Origin: a bacterium
GTDB taxonomy: Bacteria > Patescibacteriota > Microgenomatia > Levybacterales > UBA12049
NCBI GenBank assembly: GCA_021780675.1
Contig: JAJXYH010000019.1
Location: forward strand, 1-47,059
Direction: 5' to 3'
DNA: 47,059 nt
Below the pieces are notes generated by a model that did no database searches, was not told where the DNA came from, and saw nothing but the letters and a program-made list of their open reading frames with translations. A program made the translations under genes and the position numbers. Shown here piece by piece: positions 19,113 through 27,735 of this stretch (position 1 is its first letter; each line of letters starts with the position of its first letter).

Positions 19113-19255
19113 TTGACAAATAAGGGGTAAAGTGCGATTATACCGATATGAAAAAGGCAGGTTTTTCATCTTATCCTCAGTTTTCCTCAAGCATAATCCG
19201 CCAATTTTTAAATCACAAATTATTTAATTTTAATCCTTTAATAGAAAGGGGGTGA
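19113..19255 (+). promoter_or_regulatory. Promoter and structured leader of the TasA-like gene
   Basis: TTGACA 19113-19118; hairpin ATGAAAAA/TTTTTCAT 19148-19169; strong SD GAAAGGGGGTGA 19244-19255. Confidence 0.55.
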
Positions 19256-19260
19256 ATAAA

Positions 19261-19821
19261 ATGATAAAAAGAATTTTATTAAGCGTTTTAATGATTTCTC
19301 TTGCTTTTTCTGCAGCAGCAGTAGCAACAACTGCTTACTTTTCTAATGGTCAAGTATTAGGTTCTAATACTTTTGCTACGGGTACTGTTACGATAGGTGG
19401 TTTTAATACACAAGGTCTAAGTGTAACGGGATTAACACCGGGCGTACCAGTATGGGTTCACAATGTCGGCGTTAATTACACTGGTAGTATAAATGCCGAT
19501 TTGTATGTTGGAGCTGGGGGCATAAGTGCTCCCGGAGAGCAAGCATATATTGCAGATATTACTTATCTTAGAATCTATAAGGCAGGTACGAATACGGAAG
19601 TTTGGGAAGGATATGTTAATACTTTGTCTACCAATTGGATAAGTTTAGCAAGCAATATAAGTGCAGGATGGCAAGCATATGATCTTCAGTTTACTCTTAA
19701 TTCCAATGTTGGAAATGATAAACAAAATGTAAACAATACGGATACGAAGATTTTAATCTATGCCGTTCAACATGGAGGTCCGGTTCCCGGTACAGTTCCA
19801 TATTTAACAAGTAGTTTTTAA
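19261..19821 (+). CDS. TasA/CalY (camelysin-like) fibre subunit with SipW-class signal peptide
   Basis: Hydrophobic leader then ATTA|YFSNGQVLGSNTFATGTV, followed by GLTPG...VNYTGSINADL; adjacent to a SipW gene. Confidence 0.85.
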   Translation: MIKRILLSVLMISLAFSAAAVATTAYFSNGQVLGSNTFATGTVTIGGFNTQGLSVTGLTPGVPVWVHNVGVNYTGSINADLYVGAGGISAPGEQAYIADITYLRIYKAGTNTEVWEGYVNTLSTNWISLASNISAGWQAYDLQFTLNSNVGNDKQNVNNTDTKILIYAVQHGGPVPGTVPYLTSSF

Positions 19822-19841
19822 TTTACAAACTTGTTACTTTA

Positions 19842-19871
19842 TAGATTACCCAATTAATTTTGGGTAATCTA
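19842..19871. other. Perfect 12-bp stem-loop between the TasA-like and SipW genes
   Basis: TAGATTACCCAA-ttaatt-TTGGGTAATCTA; no U-tract on the + strand. Confidence 0.8.
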
Positions 19872-19882
19872 ATAAGGTATTT

Positions 19883-21073
19883 ATGAAAAATATATTATTA
19901 GTCTTTAAAAAATTATTGATGGTGCTAGTTATTTTTGTGCTTTGCATTTCCGTTTTGCTTTTGGTGTTAATTTCCTTTTCACCGATAAAAACCTTTCAGG
20001 TATTTAGGGTAATGTCAGGCTCAATGGAGCCGGAGATAAAAACAGGTTCTGTAATTTTTGTAGAACAAGTTAATCCAAAGGATTTAAAAAAGGGTGATAT
20101 TATTACGTTTTCCGTAAATAAATCAGTTTCTCCTGTAACTCATAGGATTGTAAAAATTTCTAAAGACGGAAAAATTACTACTAAAGGTGATGCAAATAGC
20201 ACAAATGATGTAGATGCGGTTAGCTTATCAAGTGTTAAGGGTAGGGAAATTTTTACATTACCGTATTTAGGATATATCTCTGAATGGACTAAAACACCAC
20301 TAGGGTTTATCTTTTTTATAATTTTGCCTGCCCTATTAATAATTATTAATGAAATTTTTAATATAAGAAAAATAGTTAAAGATGAAATTAAAAATAAGGT
20401 AAATGAAGCAAAAATGCCAATTATACTAATTTTGTTTTTAACAAGTACCGTAATTAGTTTAATAATTATTAGGCCAACTGGTGCCTTTTTCTCTAACGGA
20501 TTAGCATTATCCGGTAATATTTTTTCTACAGGTTATTGGGAGGCTTCAGGACAAAAAATTACTATTTGTCATGCAACGAGTAGTAAAAATAATCCATATA
20601 ATGAAATAAGTGTCAATTTGTCCTCGCTTGGAGATGGTCATGGAAGTAGTGGAATAAATTCGGATGATATTATTCCTCCAACGCAAGACTCTAATTATCC
20701 AAATGGGCATAACTGGACAGCTTTAGGTCAAGCAATATGGAATAATAAATGCGAGATACCAGATAAAATTCCTACTCCAACACTAACTCTTATTGAATCT
20801 AGCGATAATAAATATCTTACTTTTACGATTGAGGGAGTTTCCGACTATAAAAATTTATCTTATACGCTTACTTATGATACAAGTTCGGTGCCTCAGGGGG
20901 TTATAGGTAGTGATTCGGTTAAGGGCTCAACCTATTCCTCTCCGCAAATTATCTTGGGAACGTGTTCAACGGGTGGATTATGTGTATATAATAGTGGAAT
21001 ACATAATATCGTTTTAAAAGTTACCCTAAACGGTAAAGGTGGATTAACAAAAGTTTTAACAGGTTCTCTATGA
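19883..21073 (+). CDS. sipW: SipW-type (S26B) signal peptidase fused to a second SipW-class signal peptide and two passenger domains
   Basis: SGSMEP, GDIITF, VTHRI, TKGDAN, PYLG (Ser/His dyad); then TM + RPTGA|FFSN...GNIFSTGYW, a KITICHAT domain and a GTCS domain. Confidence 0.9.
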   Translation: MKNILLVFKKLLMVLVIFVLCISVLLLVLISFSPIKTFQVFRVMSGSMEPEIKTGSVIFVEQVNPKDLKKGDIITFSVNKSVSPVTHRIVKISKDGKITTKGDANSTNDVDAVSLSSVKGREIFTLPYLGYISEWTKTPLGFIFFIILPALLIIINEIFNIRKIVKDEIKNKVNEAKMPIILILFLTSTVISLIIIRPTGAFFSNGLALSGNIFSTGYWEASGQKITICHATSSKNNPYNEISVNLSSLGDGHGSSGINSDDIIPPTQDSNYPNGHNWTALGQAIWNNKCEIPDKIPTPTLTLIESSDNKYLTFTIEGVSDYKNLSYTLTYDTSSVPQGVIGSDSVKGSTYSSPQIILGTCSTGGLCVYNSGIHNIVLKVTLNGKGGLTKVLTGSL

Positions 21074-21546
21074 GCGAATTATTTTAAAGTTGGTATATTA
21101 GTACGGTTTGAATAACTCTTGGACATTTATTCAATTAGGACAAAAAATTTATAGCTACACGTTTACATTTTCTATATCTGCGATAAATATTTTTAGGTAA
21201 AAATCCGTAATATTTGATTTAACATTTGGAAGCAAAAATCTATACAAAGTAGTTTAGTTAACTCCGCGAAAATACAATCAAATGAGGTTATTTTACCAGC
21301 TAAGTCGCTTAAGGATAATCTTAAGTCTACGCAAACGGATCTTTTCGAGCAATAGCTGTCTAGTGCTTTTAATTTTTTATATATCCCTCAAAAGAACTAG
21401 ACTTTCCGTATTCTGTCATTTCTGCAGAAGATGAGATACATCGGTTACACACTTAAGGTAGAAGAATTAATATATAATTTCTTATATAAATTCCCCAAAA
21501 ATTTTGTTGACTTGTATTTGGGTTATAAATTTTAAATAATAGAATT

Positions 21547-23061
21547 ATGTTAGTTTGGTTTAAAAGGGGATTTTATTTATTTTTTGCAATTTTTATAATT
21601 TATAACATTTTTTTATCCTCTACTTTGGTAAGGTTGGGAGAGGTTAACTTATCAAATGATATCGGACGTGATTTTCTTCTTTTACAAGAACTAGACCAGA
21701 AAAAAATTGTTTTGATTGGAGCAAGGTCTAATGTGCAAGGTGTTTTCCATGGGCCACTGTGGACCTATTTGAATTACCCTGCCTATCTTATCGGTAAAGG
21801 TGATCCTGTAACAGTTGCCTGGGGTTGGGTTTTATTCTCCATAATTTCGTTAGTAACTACTTTTATAATTATGAAAAAATTATTCGGTAATTTAGCTGCT
21901 TTTCTTACAACAGCCATGTTGTCGGTTTATATTGTTCCTTTTATAGATAGTATGTTTGGTCCATACGCAATGTATTTCTTTATACCTGCATTTCTTTTTT
22001 CGATTTACAAATATTTTCTAAGTAAAAGACCAGTATTTTTAGCTATACATTTTATGTTAGCCGCTTTTCTTATACATTTGAATATTGGTTCCGGCATTTT
22101 GCTTGCAATGCTTTCCCTGGGACTTAGTTTGGGATTTATTGTAAAGAATAAATTATGGATTCATATTTTTTCACTTTTTACGCTTCCTTTGTTTTGTATT
22201 AATTTTATAATTTTTGATTTAAGACATAACTTTTTAATTACTAAATCTTTACTTAATTTAGGTAAATCTTCGAAATTTATTATTCCTTTTAATGACTGGA
22301 TTTTTCAGAGAATTGACTTAGCAGTTTCAATGCAACTTTTATTAACAAACATAGTCTACTTATCAGTTTTAATTTTTATTTTAGTAATGTTGTTTACGAT
22401 TATTAAAATTAAAAACAAAGAAAAACATAGGACATTTTTTATTATTTTGGCGTTTTATTATTTTGGATTTATGGTGCTTAGTTATTTTAATAAAGGAGCA
22501 CTTTTGGTTGACCAAATATTTTTTCTAATTCCCTTAACGATTATTTGGCTTGGTATCCTTAGTGTAGGAAAATATAGACAACTATTTATTTTAATAGTTA
22601 TAGTGGTTTTATATCTTAATTTTAATACCGCAAAAGCATTCGTGGAAAGTTCGAGTACTACAATAGGTAAAATTCCCGATTCATGGGTCTCTTTGAAGAA
22701 TGTTGCTTCCTCTATAATAAAAGAGGAAAGAGGAAAACAGTTTGGATATTTTGTTTATGCTCCAGACTCCTTTGCATATCAACAGCGTTACGCAATGATT
22801 TTTTCGTTTAAAAAAGCTGATTTAAAAGCATTTGAATATAAAAAAATGCCTGTAACTTTTATAGTTGTTTCTCCGAGGCCCGTAAATAAACCATATATGA
22901 GTGAAGAGTGGTGGATAGAGAATGAGGCCAAAATTAACACAAAACCGTCCGAAGTTAAAAATTTCCCAAGTGGTTATAAGATAGAAAAATTTGAATTGAG
23001 TAATGATGAGCAAAATGTGCTTTTTGATCCCAACATAAAGCTGGAATTGAATTTCCGCTAG
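21547..23061 (+). CDS. GT-C (ArnT/PMT-like) polytopic membrane glycosyltransferase
   Basis: First loop NDIGRDF...FHGPLWTYL, many TM helices, soluble C-terminal domain. Confidence 0.7.
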   Translation: MLVWFKRGFYLFFAIFIIYNIFLSSTLVRLGEVNLSNDIGRDFLLLQELDQKKIVLIGARSNVQGVFHGPLWTYLNYPAYLIGKGDPVTVAWGWVLFSIISLVTTFIIMKKLFGNLAAFLTTAMLSVYIVPFIDSMFGPYAMYFFIPAFLFSIYKYFLSKRPVFLAIHFMLAAFLIHLNIGSGILLAMLSLGLSLGFIVKNKLWIHIFSLFTLPLFCINFIIFDLRHNFLITKSLLNLGKSSKFIIPFNDWIFQRIDLAVSMQLLLTNIVYLSVLIFILVMLFTIIKIKNKEKHRTFFIILAFYYFGFMVLSYFNKGALLVDQIFFLIPLTIIWLGILSVGKYRQLFILIVIVVLYLNFNTAKAFVESSSTTIGKIPDSWVSLKNVASSIIKEERGKQFGYFVYAPDSFAYQQRYAMIFSFKKADLKAFEYKKMPVTFIVVSPRPVNKPYMSEEWWIENEAKINTKPSEVKNFPSGYKIEKFELSNDEQNVLFDPNIKLELNFR

Positions 23062-23130
23062 CCACAATTAAGCTTCAATAAGGTTAAATTAGCCGTTAAT
23101 TATAATATTTGTTGTATAATTATTAACTAA

Positions 23131-23373
23131 ATGAGCTTATTAAAGAATAATCTTCTTGTTTTATTATTTTTACTGCTGTTTTCCGCATTTTTTGTAAAAA
23201 GCATGCTTAACTTTGTTAAGTTTATTAAAGAATTATCCCTTAAACCAATAATACCTACGGTTTCCACCTGCCCGTATAAAACGCTAAAAGATTTCCAAAA
23301 TACTCCTAACGGAGAATATGTATATGCTCTTTATAGGTATGAAAGTATGGGGGTAGTATGCAGCAAAAAATAA
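23131..23373 (+). CDS. Small membrane/secreted hypothetical protein
   Basis: N-terminal hydrophobic helix; TATAAT 10 nt upstream; overlaps the start of the next gene. Confidence 0.5.
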   Translation: MSLLKNNLLVLLFLLLFSAFFVKSMLNFVKFIKELSLKPIIPTVSTCPYKTLKDFQNTPNGEYVYALYRYESMGVVCSKK

Positions 23374-24443
23374 ATTGTTTACTTATTATTTTAATTGTTT
23401 TTAATGTTTTGTTTGTGTTTTGGGGAGCTCATCTTTATCCATTAAGTAGTTTAGATGCAGTGAGTATTTGGTACTTAAAAGCAAAAGCTATTTTTTTAAG
23501 TGGCGGTCATATTCCCATTAATGTTCTTAAAGACAGTATTTATTCCAATTCTCATCAGCAATATCCATTATTAGTATCATATATTTTCTATTTTTTCTAT
23601 TTGATTTTAGGGAGTATAAATACAAGCGTTGTTGCTTTTATTAATCCGTTACTTTATTTACTAGTATTGTCTATTACATATAAAGTTTTTAGGCAAATTA
23701 ATTTTAGCAAAACTTATGCACTATTATTTACCTACTGTTATTCAATGTTTTCACCTCTTTTGGCAGCGGGCGGAAGAATGCATTCGGGTGATGCAGATAT
23801 ATTTGTCGTTTTTGCATACTGGATCTCAATTTTTTTAACTTTTAAATTCCTGGAGACTAAAAACTATAAATATTTTTGGTCGTTAATAATATCAATTATG
23901 ATTGCATCACAAATTAAAGCCGAAGGCATATTTTTAATTGCGATTTTATTATTTATTCCGGTTATAAAAAAAGTTAAATTGTTTTCACTCTTTATTTCGC
24001 TGTTTCCATTTATTCTTTGGAGACTAATTATTTATTATTCCCAAATTCCCAACGACTTTTATTATATTATTCCAACATTCCAAACATTGCTACTGCGTAG
24101 TTTTGAGGTAGTGTATTTTACGGCTAAAGAAATGATAAATGTTAACAATTGGTATATATTTTGGCCAGTTTTTTTATTATTCTCTTTGTTTGGTAAAATA
24201 AAGATTAATTTACAAACTAGAATATTATTATTAACTTTATCGATGATGTCAGCATTTTTACTTATTAATTATCTTTTTTCAAATATAGATCCTCATATCT
24301 ATGTTTCTTCCTCTATAGACAGATTGCTGCTTCAATTTTCTCCATTTTATTTTATAATATTCGCAATGCTAGTTAAGAACGAAATATCTAAGTTAGATCA
24401 AAAAGTGATATATAAGAAATTTAAAAGTATGCTGCTTAAATAA
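23358..24443 (+). CDS. GT-C-like membrane protein (putative glycosyltransferase)
   Basis: SLDAVSIWYLKAK...HQQYPLL loop, GDAD, IKAEG, many TM helices. Confidence 0.65.
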   Translation: MQQKINCLLIILIVFNVLFVFWGAHLYPLSSLDAVSIWYLKAKAIFLSGGHIPINVLKDSIYSNSHQQYPLLVSYIFYFFYLILGSINTSVVAFINPLLYLLVLSITYKVFRQINFSKTYALLFTYCYSMFSPLLAAGGRMHSGDADIFVVFAYWISIFLTFKFLETKNYKYFWSLIISIMIASQIKAEGIFLIAILLFIPVIKKVKLFSLFISLFPFILWRLIIYYSQIPNDFYYIIPTFQTLLLRSFEVVYFTAKEMINVNNWYIFWPVFLLFSLFGKIKINLQTRILLLTLSMMSAFLLINYLFSNIDPHIYVSSSIDRLLLQFSPFYFIIFAMLVKNEISKLDQKVIYKKFKSMLLK

Positions 24444-24444
24444 G

Positions 24445-25005
24445 ATGAATAAAAAAGATGTTTTAAAAATTGCACTCTTGGATTTTGCGTTTTTTCTATT
24501 AGGAACTTTACTTTTTGTCCTTAGTTTTAGTACTCCTATTTTTGGGTGGGTATCAATACTTTTTTATAGAGGAATATATTTGCTTGTTTTTGCGAGTTTA
24601 CTAATGTTGGCAATAATGCTTATATTTAAAAAATCAAAATACGGAAGACTATTAACATACAGAGATTTAATAATGGTAATGGTATTATTTGTTTCAATTA
24701 ATATTATGTTTTTTACATTAGTTCCGGTAACAATTGAACGTTCGGTGTCTGTTTACATGTTAGGATACCTTGATAAAAATTCCAATGTAATACTTACAGA
24801 CAGTCAATTGTCTGACGCATTCGTTAAACAATATGTAAAGGACGATAAAGCAATGGATAAAAGATTAAATGAACAAATTTATTCCGGAAATGTAAGCTCT
24901 AGGAGCGGAGGATATATAATAACAGAAAGAGGAAAAAGCTTAGTAAATATATTCTTAATTATTGCAAGAATATTCAATGTTAACACAAAGATAATAAAAG
25001 AATAA
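24445..25005 (+). CDS. Hypothetical membrane protein with possible C-terminal winged helix
   Basis: Three TM helices then PVTIERSVSVYMLGYL...KRLNEQIYSG...YIITERG. Confidence 0.65.
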   Translation: MNKKDVLKIALLDFAFFLLGTLLFVLSFSTPIFGWVSILFYRGIYLLVFASLLMLAIMLIFKKSKYGRLLTYRDLIMVMVLFVSINIMFFTLVPVTIERSVSVYMLGYLDKNSNVILTDSQLSDAFVKQYVKDDKAMDKRLNEQIYSGNVSSRSGGYIITERGKSLVNIFLIIARIFNVNTKIIKE

Positions 25006-25007
25006 AA

Positions 25008-26597
25008 TTATATCTGGGGGGCTTTTAAGAAATTAATTAAGTAATTATATGTTGACCTTAAAAGACTTTCCTTCTTAGGAACCACTTGGTTTTGAACCAT
25101 TTTAGATTCACTAATAATCGGATCGGGAATTTCTGCTGTTTGTTTTTCTTTTAAAAAGAATATATATACCCTTGCGGGTGGTGAACCGTAGGTTCTAAAT
25201 GCATATAACTTTGCAAGATAATTTATTTCGGGGGTATTTAAATTGCAACCTATGCAGCTAAATACATAGAAATTAGCGTTTTTTAATTTGTTTTGATTTT
25301 GCGGTATGGCCAATACTTCTTTTACATTTTGGTAAAAAGCATATGCGTACAGGTCGCTATCTACATAAGAACCCGGATTTACAATTATGGTATCGTAAGG
25401 GATAAGGTAAGGACTTACAGCTTTTGCAAGAATGTATCTAAAAAGGTTAGACGCATCTTGTTGGTATTTCCAATCTTGTATCCTTAATGCATAAATTATT
25501 GAGAAAAATAAAACAGCAAGAACAAGAAATTTAAATTTTATTAAGTTGTCTAGAATAATCCTTGCGGAGGCAAATACTATAAATGGTGTAAGGATATAAA
25601 TCCAGAATGGATGCCCGAATGAGCCTTCGGGAAAAAGAATTATATTTGCTATTCCACAGGAAAAATAGGCAAAAAGCAAAAGGTCTATATTGTCTAATTT
25701 TTTTACAAGCAATTTTCTTACAAAAATTATTAAATAGAAAAGACTTAAAATTACGAATATGGGATTAAAATAAATAATAAATCTTATTATTAAAAGCAGA
25801 GACCAACGAAGTGGCCACAAAGATAATGAAAATAATAAACTTCCAACACTCCGGTTTAATATTGATGCAATTAGATTATTAAAATTTCCAAGTACAAGAT
25901 AGGCATAAAACAGGAATAAAATTGCTGTAACCGTAGAAGTTGCAATAAGAATCAAGCCCTTTCTCCATTTTTTGTGTTTTAGAAAAAGCGGGAACAGAAA
26001 CGGAGTAAAATAAGTCATTGGCCAGTCGCATAAGGTTCCCAAGATAACGGCAATTAATGCAAGATAAAAGTTTTTTTCATTTTTAGTTCTAATATACTTT
26101 AATGAAAAATATGATGTTAAAGTTATAAATAATAAAGTCCATGGCCCCTGAAAAGTAATTTTTCCAAATACTACAGTTGTGGGAACTAAGGAAGCGATAA
26201 AAAGACTAAGTACAGCGAATTTCTTATCATTTAATTCTTTGCCGATAAAATATATGACCGGTAAAATTAAAAATGCAGGCAATACTTTTGCCAGTCTTCC
26301 GACCCAAAATCCGTCTCCGAATATTTTAAAAAGAAAAGTTTCTATGTAGACGGTAAGGGGCGGATGATGAAGGTAGAAGGCAGGATTTTGGGGAAGGTTT
26401 TTTGTTAACTCTACAACCGGTGCAAACTTTAAGTTAAAAAATCCAAAATTTATAAAGTTTCTTGAGGCAAGGGACATTAAGTTAAAATCCGATGCGTTGG
26501 GGCCGACATAGGGCATGTTTATATCCGTAGTGAATAAATACAAGGCAAATAAAATTGGCAGAAATAAAATAAGCAAATATTTGGTTTTTAAATTCAT
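25008..26597 (-). CDS. GT-C (GT39/GT83-like) membrane glycosyltransferase
   Basis: YLHHPPL motif, GRL, multiple TM helices; ATG at 26597 chosen as start. Confidence 0.75.
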   Translation of the reverse strand: MNLKTKYLLILFLPILFALYLFTTDINMPYVGPNASDFNLMSLASRNFINFGFFNLKFAPVVELTKNLPQNPAFYLHHPPLTVYIETFLFKIFGDGFWVGRLAKVLPAFLILPVIYFIGKELNDKKFAVLSLFIASLVPTTVVFGKITFQGPWTLLFITLTSYFSLKYIRTKNEKNFYLALIAVILGTLCDWPMTYFTPFLFPLFLKHKKWRKGLILIATSTVTAILFLFYAYLVLGNFNNLIASILNRSVGSLLFSLSLWPLRWSLLLIIRFIIYFNPIFVILSLFYLIIFVRKLLVKKLDNIDLLLFAYFSCGIANIILFPEGSFGHPFWIYILTPFIVFASARIILDNLIKFKFLVLAVLFFSIIYALRIQDWKYQQDASNLFRYILAKAVSPYLIPYDTIIVNPGSYVDSDLYAYAFYQNVKEVLAIPQNQNKLKNANFYVFSCIGCNLNTPEINYLAKLYAFRTYGSPPARVYIFFLKEKQTAEIPDPIISESKMVQNQVVPKKESLLRSTYNYLINFLKAPQI

Positions 26598-26717
26598 AAG
26601 TTTACGTACCAATATATTTTAAATGGCAATAATTATACGGTAGATTATAACACTTCATTTTATTAAATTGATGTTTGGATTTGTATAAGCTAAAATTGCT
26701 TTTATATAAATTTAATA

Positions 26718-27683
26718 ATGAATAACTTTTGGCAAAAATTACCAAAACCTTTTACAGTTCTTGCTCCGATGGATGGGGTAACGGACGTTGTATTTAGGCA
26801 AATGATGGTTAGTATTGGAAGGCCGGACGTATTTTTTACAGAGTTTACCAGCACAAGCGGACTTATGTCTAAAGGGTTTGAAAAGGTTGTAAGAAGCTTG
26901 AAATTTAAGAAAAATGAGCTGCCGGTCGTTGCCCAGATTTGGGGTCTTAATCCGAAAGATTTTTATGATACAGCAAAACTTTGCAAAAAAATGGGATTTT
27001 CCGGAATAGATCTTAATATGGGTTGTCCAATCTATGGGGTAGTTAAAAAAGGAGCGTGTTCGGCATTAATTAAGAACAAGCCGCTTGCTAAAGAAATAAT
27101 TCAGGCTACCAAAGAAGGGGCACAGGGCCTACCGGTAAGCGTTAAGACCAGATTGGGTTTTGAAAACGAGCAAATTAACGATTGGATATCCTTTTTACTC
27201 GAACAAGATTTGCCTGCATTAATAATACATTTGCGTACGGTTGCGGAATTATCAAAAGTAGATGCTCATTGGGAATTAATGCCTAAAATAATTAAGTTAA
27301 AAAACAAGATTGCACCGGATACTAAGATCGTCGGCAACGGAGATATAAAAACTAAAGAAGAGATAGGGCAAAAATTTGAAAAGTATGGCTGTGATGGATT
27401 TATGATCGGCAGAGGAGTTTTTTTTGACCCGTGGATTTTTAATAATACATTTGATTATAGAAATGAAACTGCAGTTATGAGACTAAATTTGTATTTAGAA
27501 CATATAAAACTTTTTGAAAAAATCTGGAAAGATGAAAAGAACCCCGATAGCCTTAAAAAGTTTAGCAAAATGTATATTAATAATTTTAATGTCGCAACGG
27601 AATTTAGGAATAAAATAAATTTAACCAAGACAACGCAGGAAATGATTGAACTAATTAACCTCTACGTAAAAAATTTATCTTAA
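26718..27683 (+). CDS. dus: tRNA-dihydrouridine synthase (Dus family)
   Basis: LAPMDGVTD, DLNMGCP, SVKTRLG, IHLRT, GNGDI, MIGRG. Confidence 0.95.
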   Translation: MNNFWQKLPKPFTVLAPMDGVTDVVFRQMMVSIGRPDVFFTEFTSTSGLMSKGFEKVVRSLKFKKNELPVVAQIWGLNPKDFYDTAKLCKKMGFSGIDLNMGCPIYGVVKKGACSALIKNKPLAKEIIQATKEGAQGLPVSVKTRLGFENEQINDWISFLLEQDLPALIIHLRTVAELSKVDAHWELMPKIIKLKNKIAPDTKIVGNGDIKTKEEIGQKFEKYGCDGFMIGRGVFFDPWIFNNTFDYRNETAVMRLNLYLEHIKLFEKIWKDEKNPDSLKKFSKMYINNFNVATEFRNKINLTKTTQEMIELINLYVKNLS

Positions 27684-27735
27684 AATGCAATACTTCCGGT
27701 TGAAGTTAGGTTCAAATTAAGCTAAAATAAATTTT

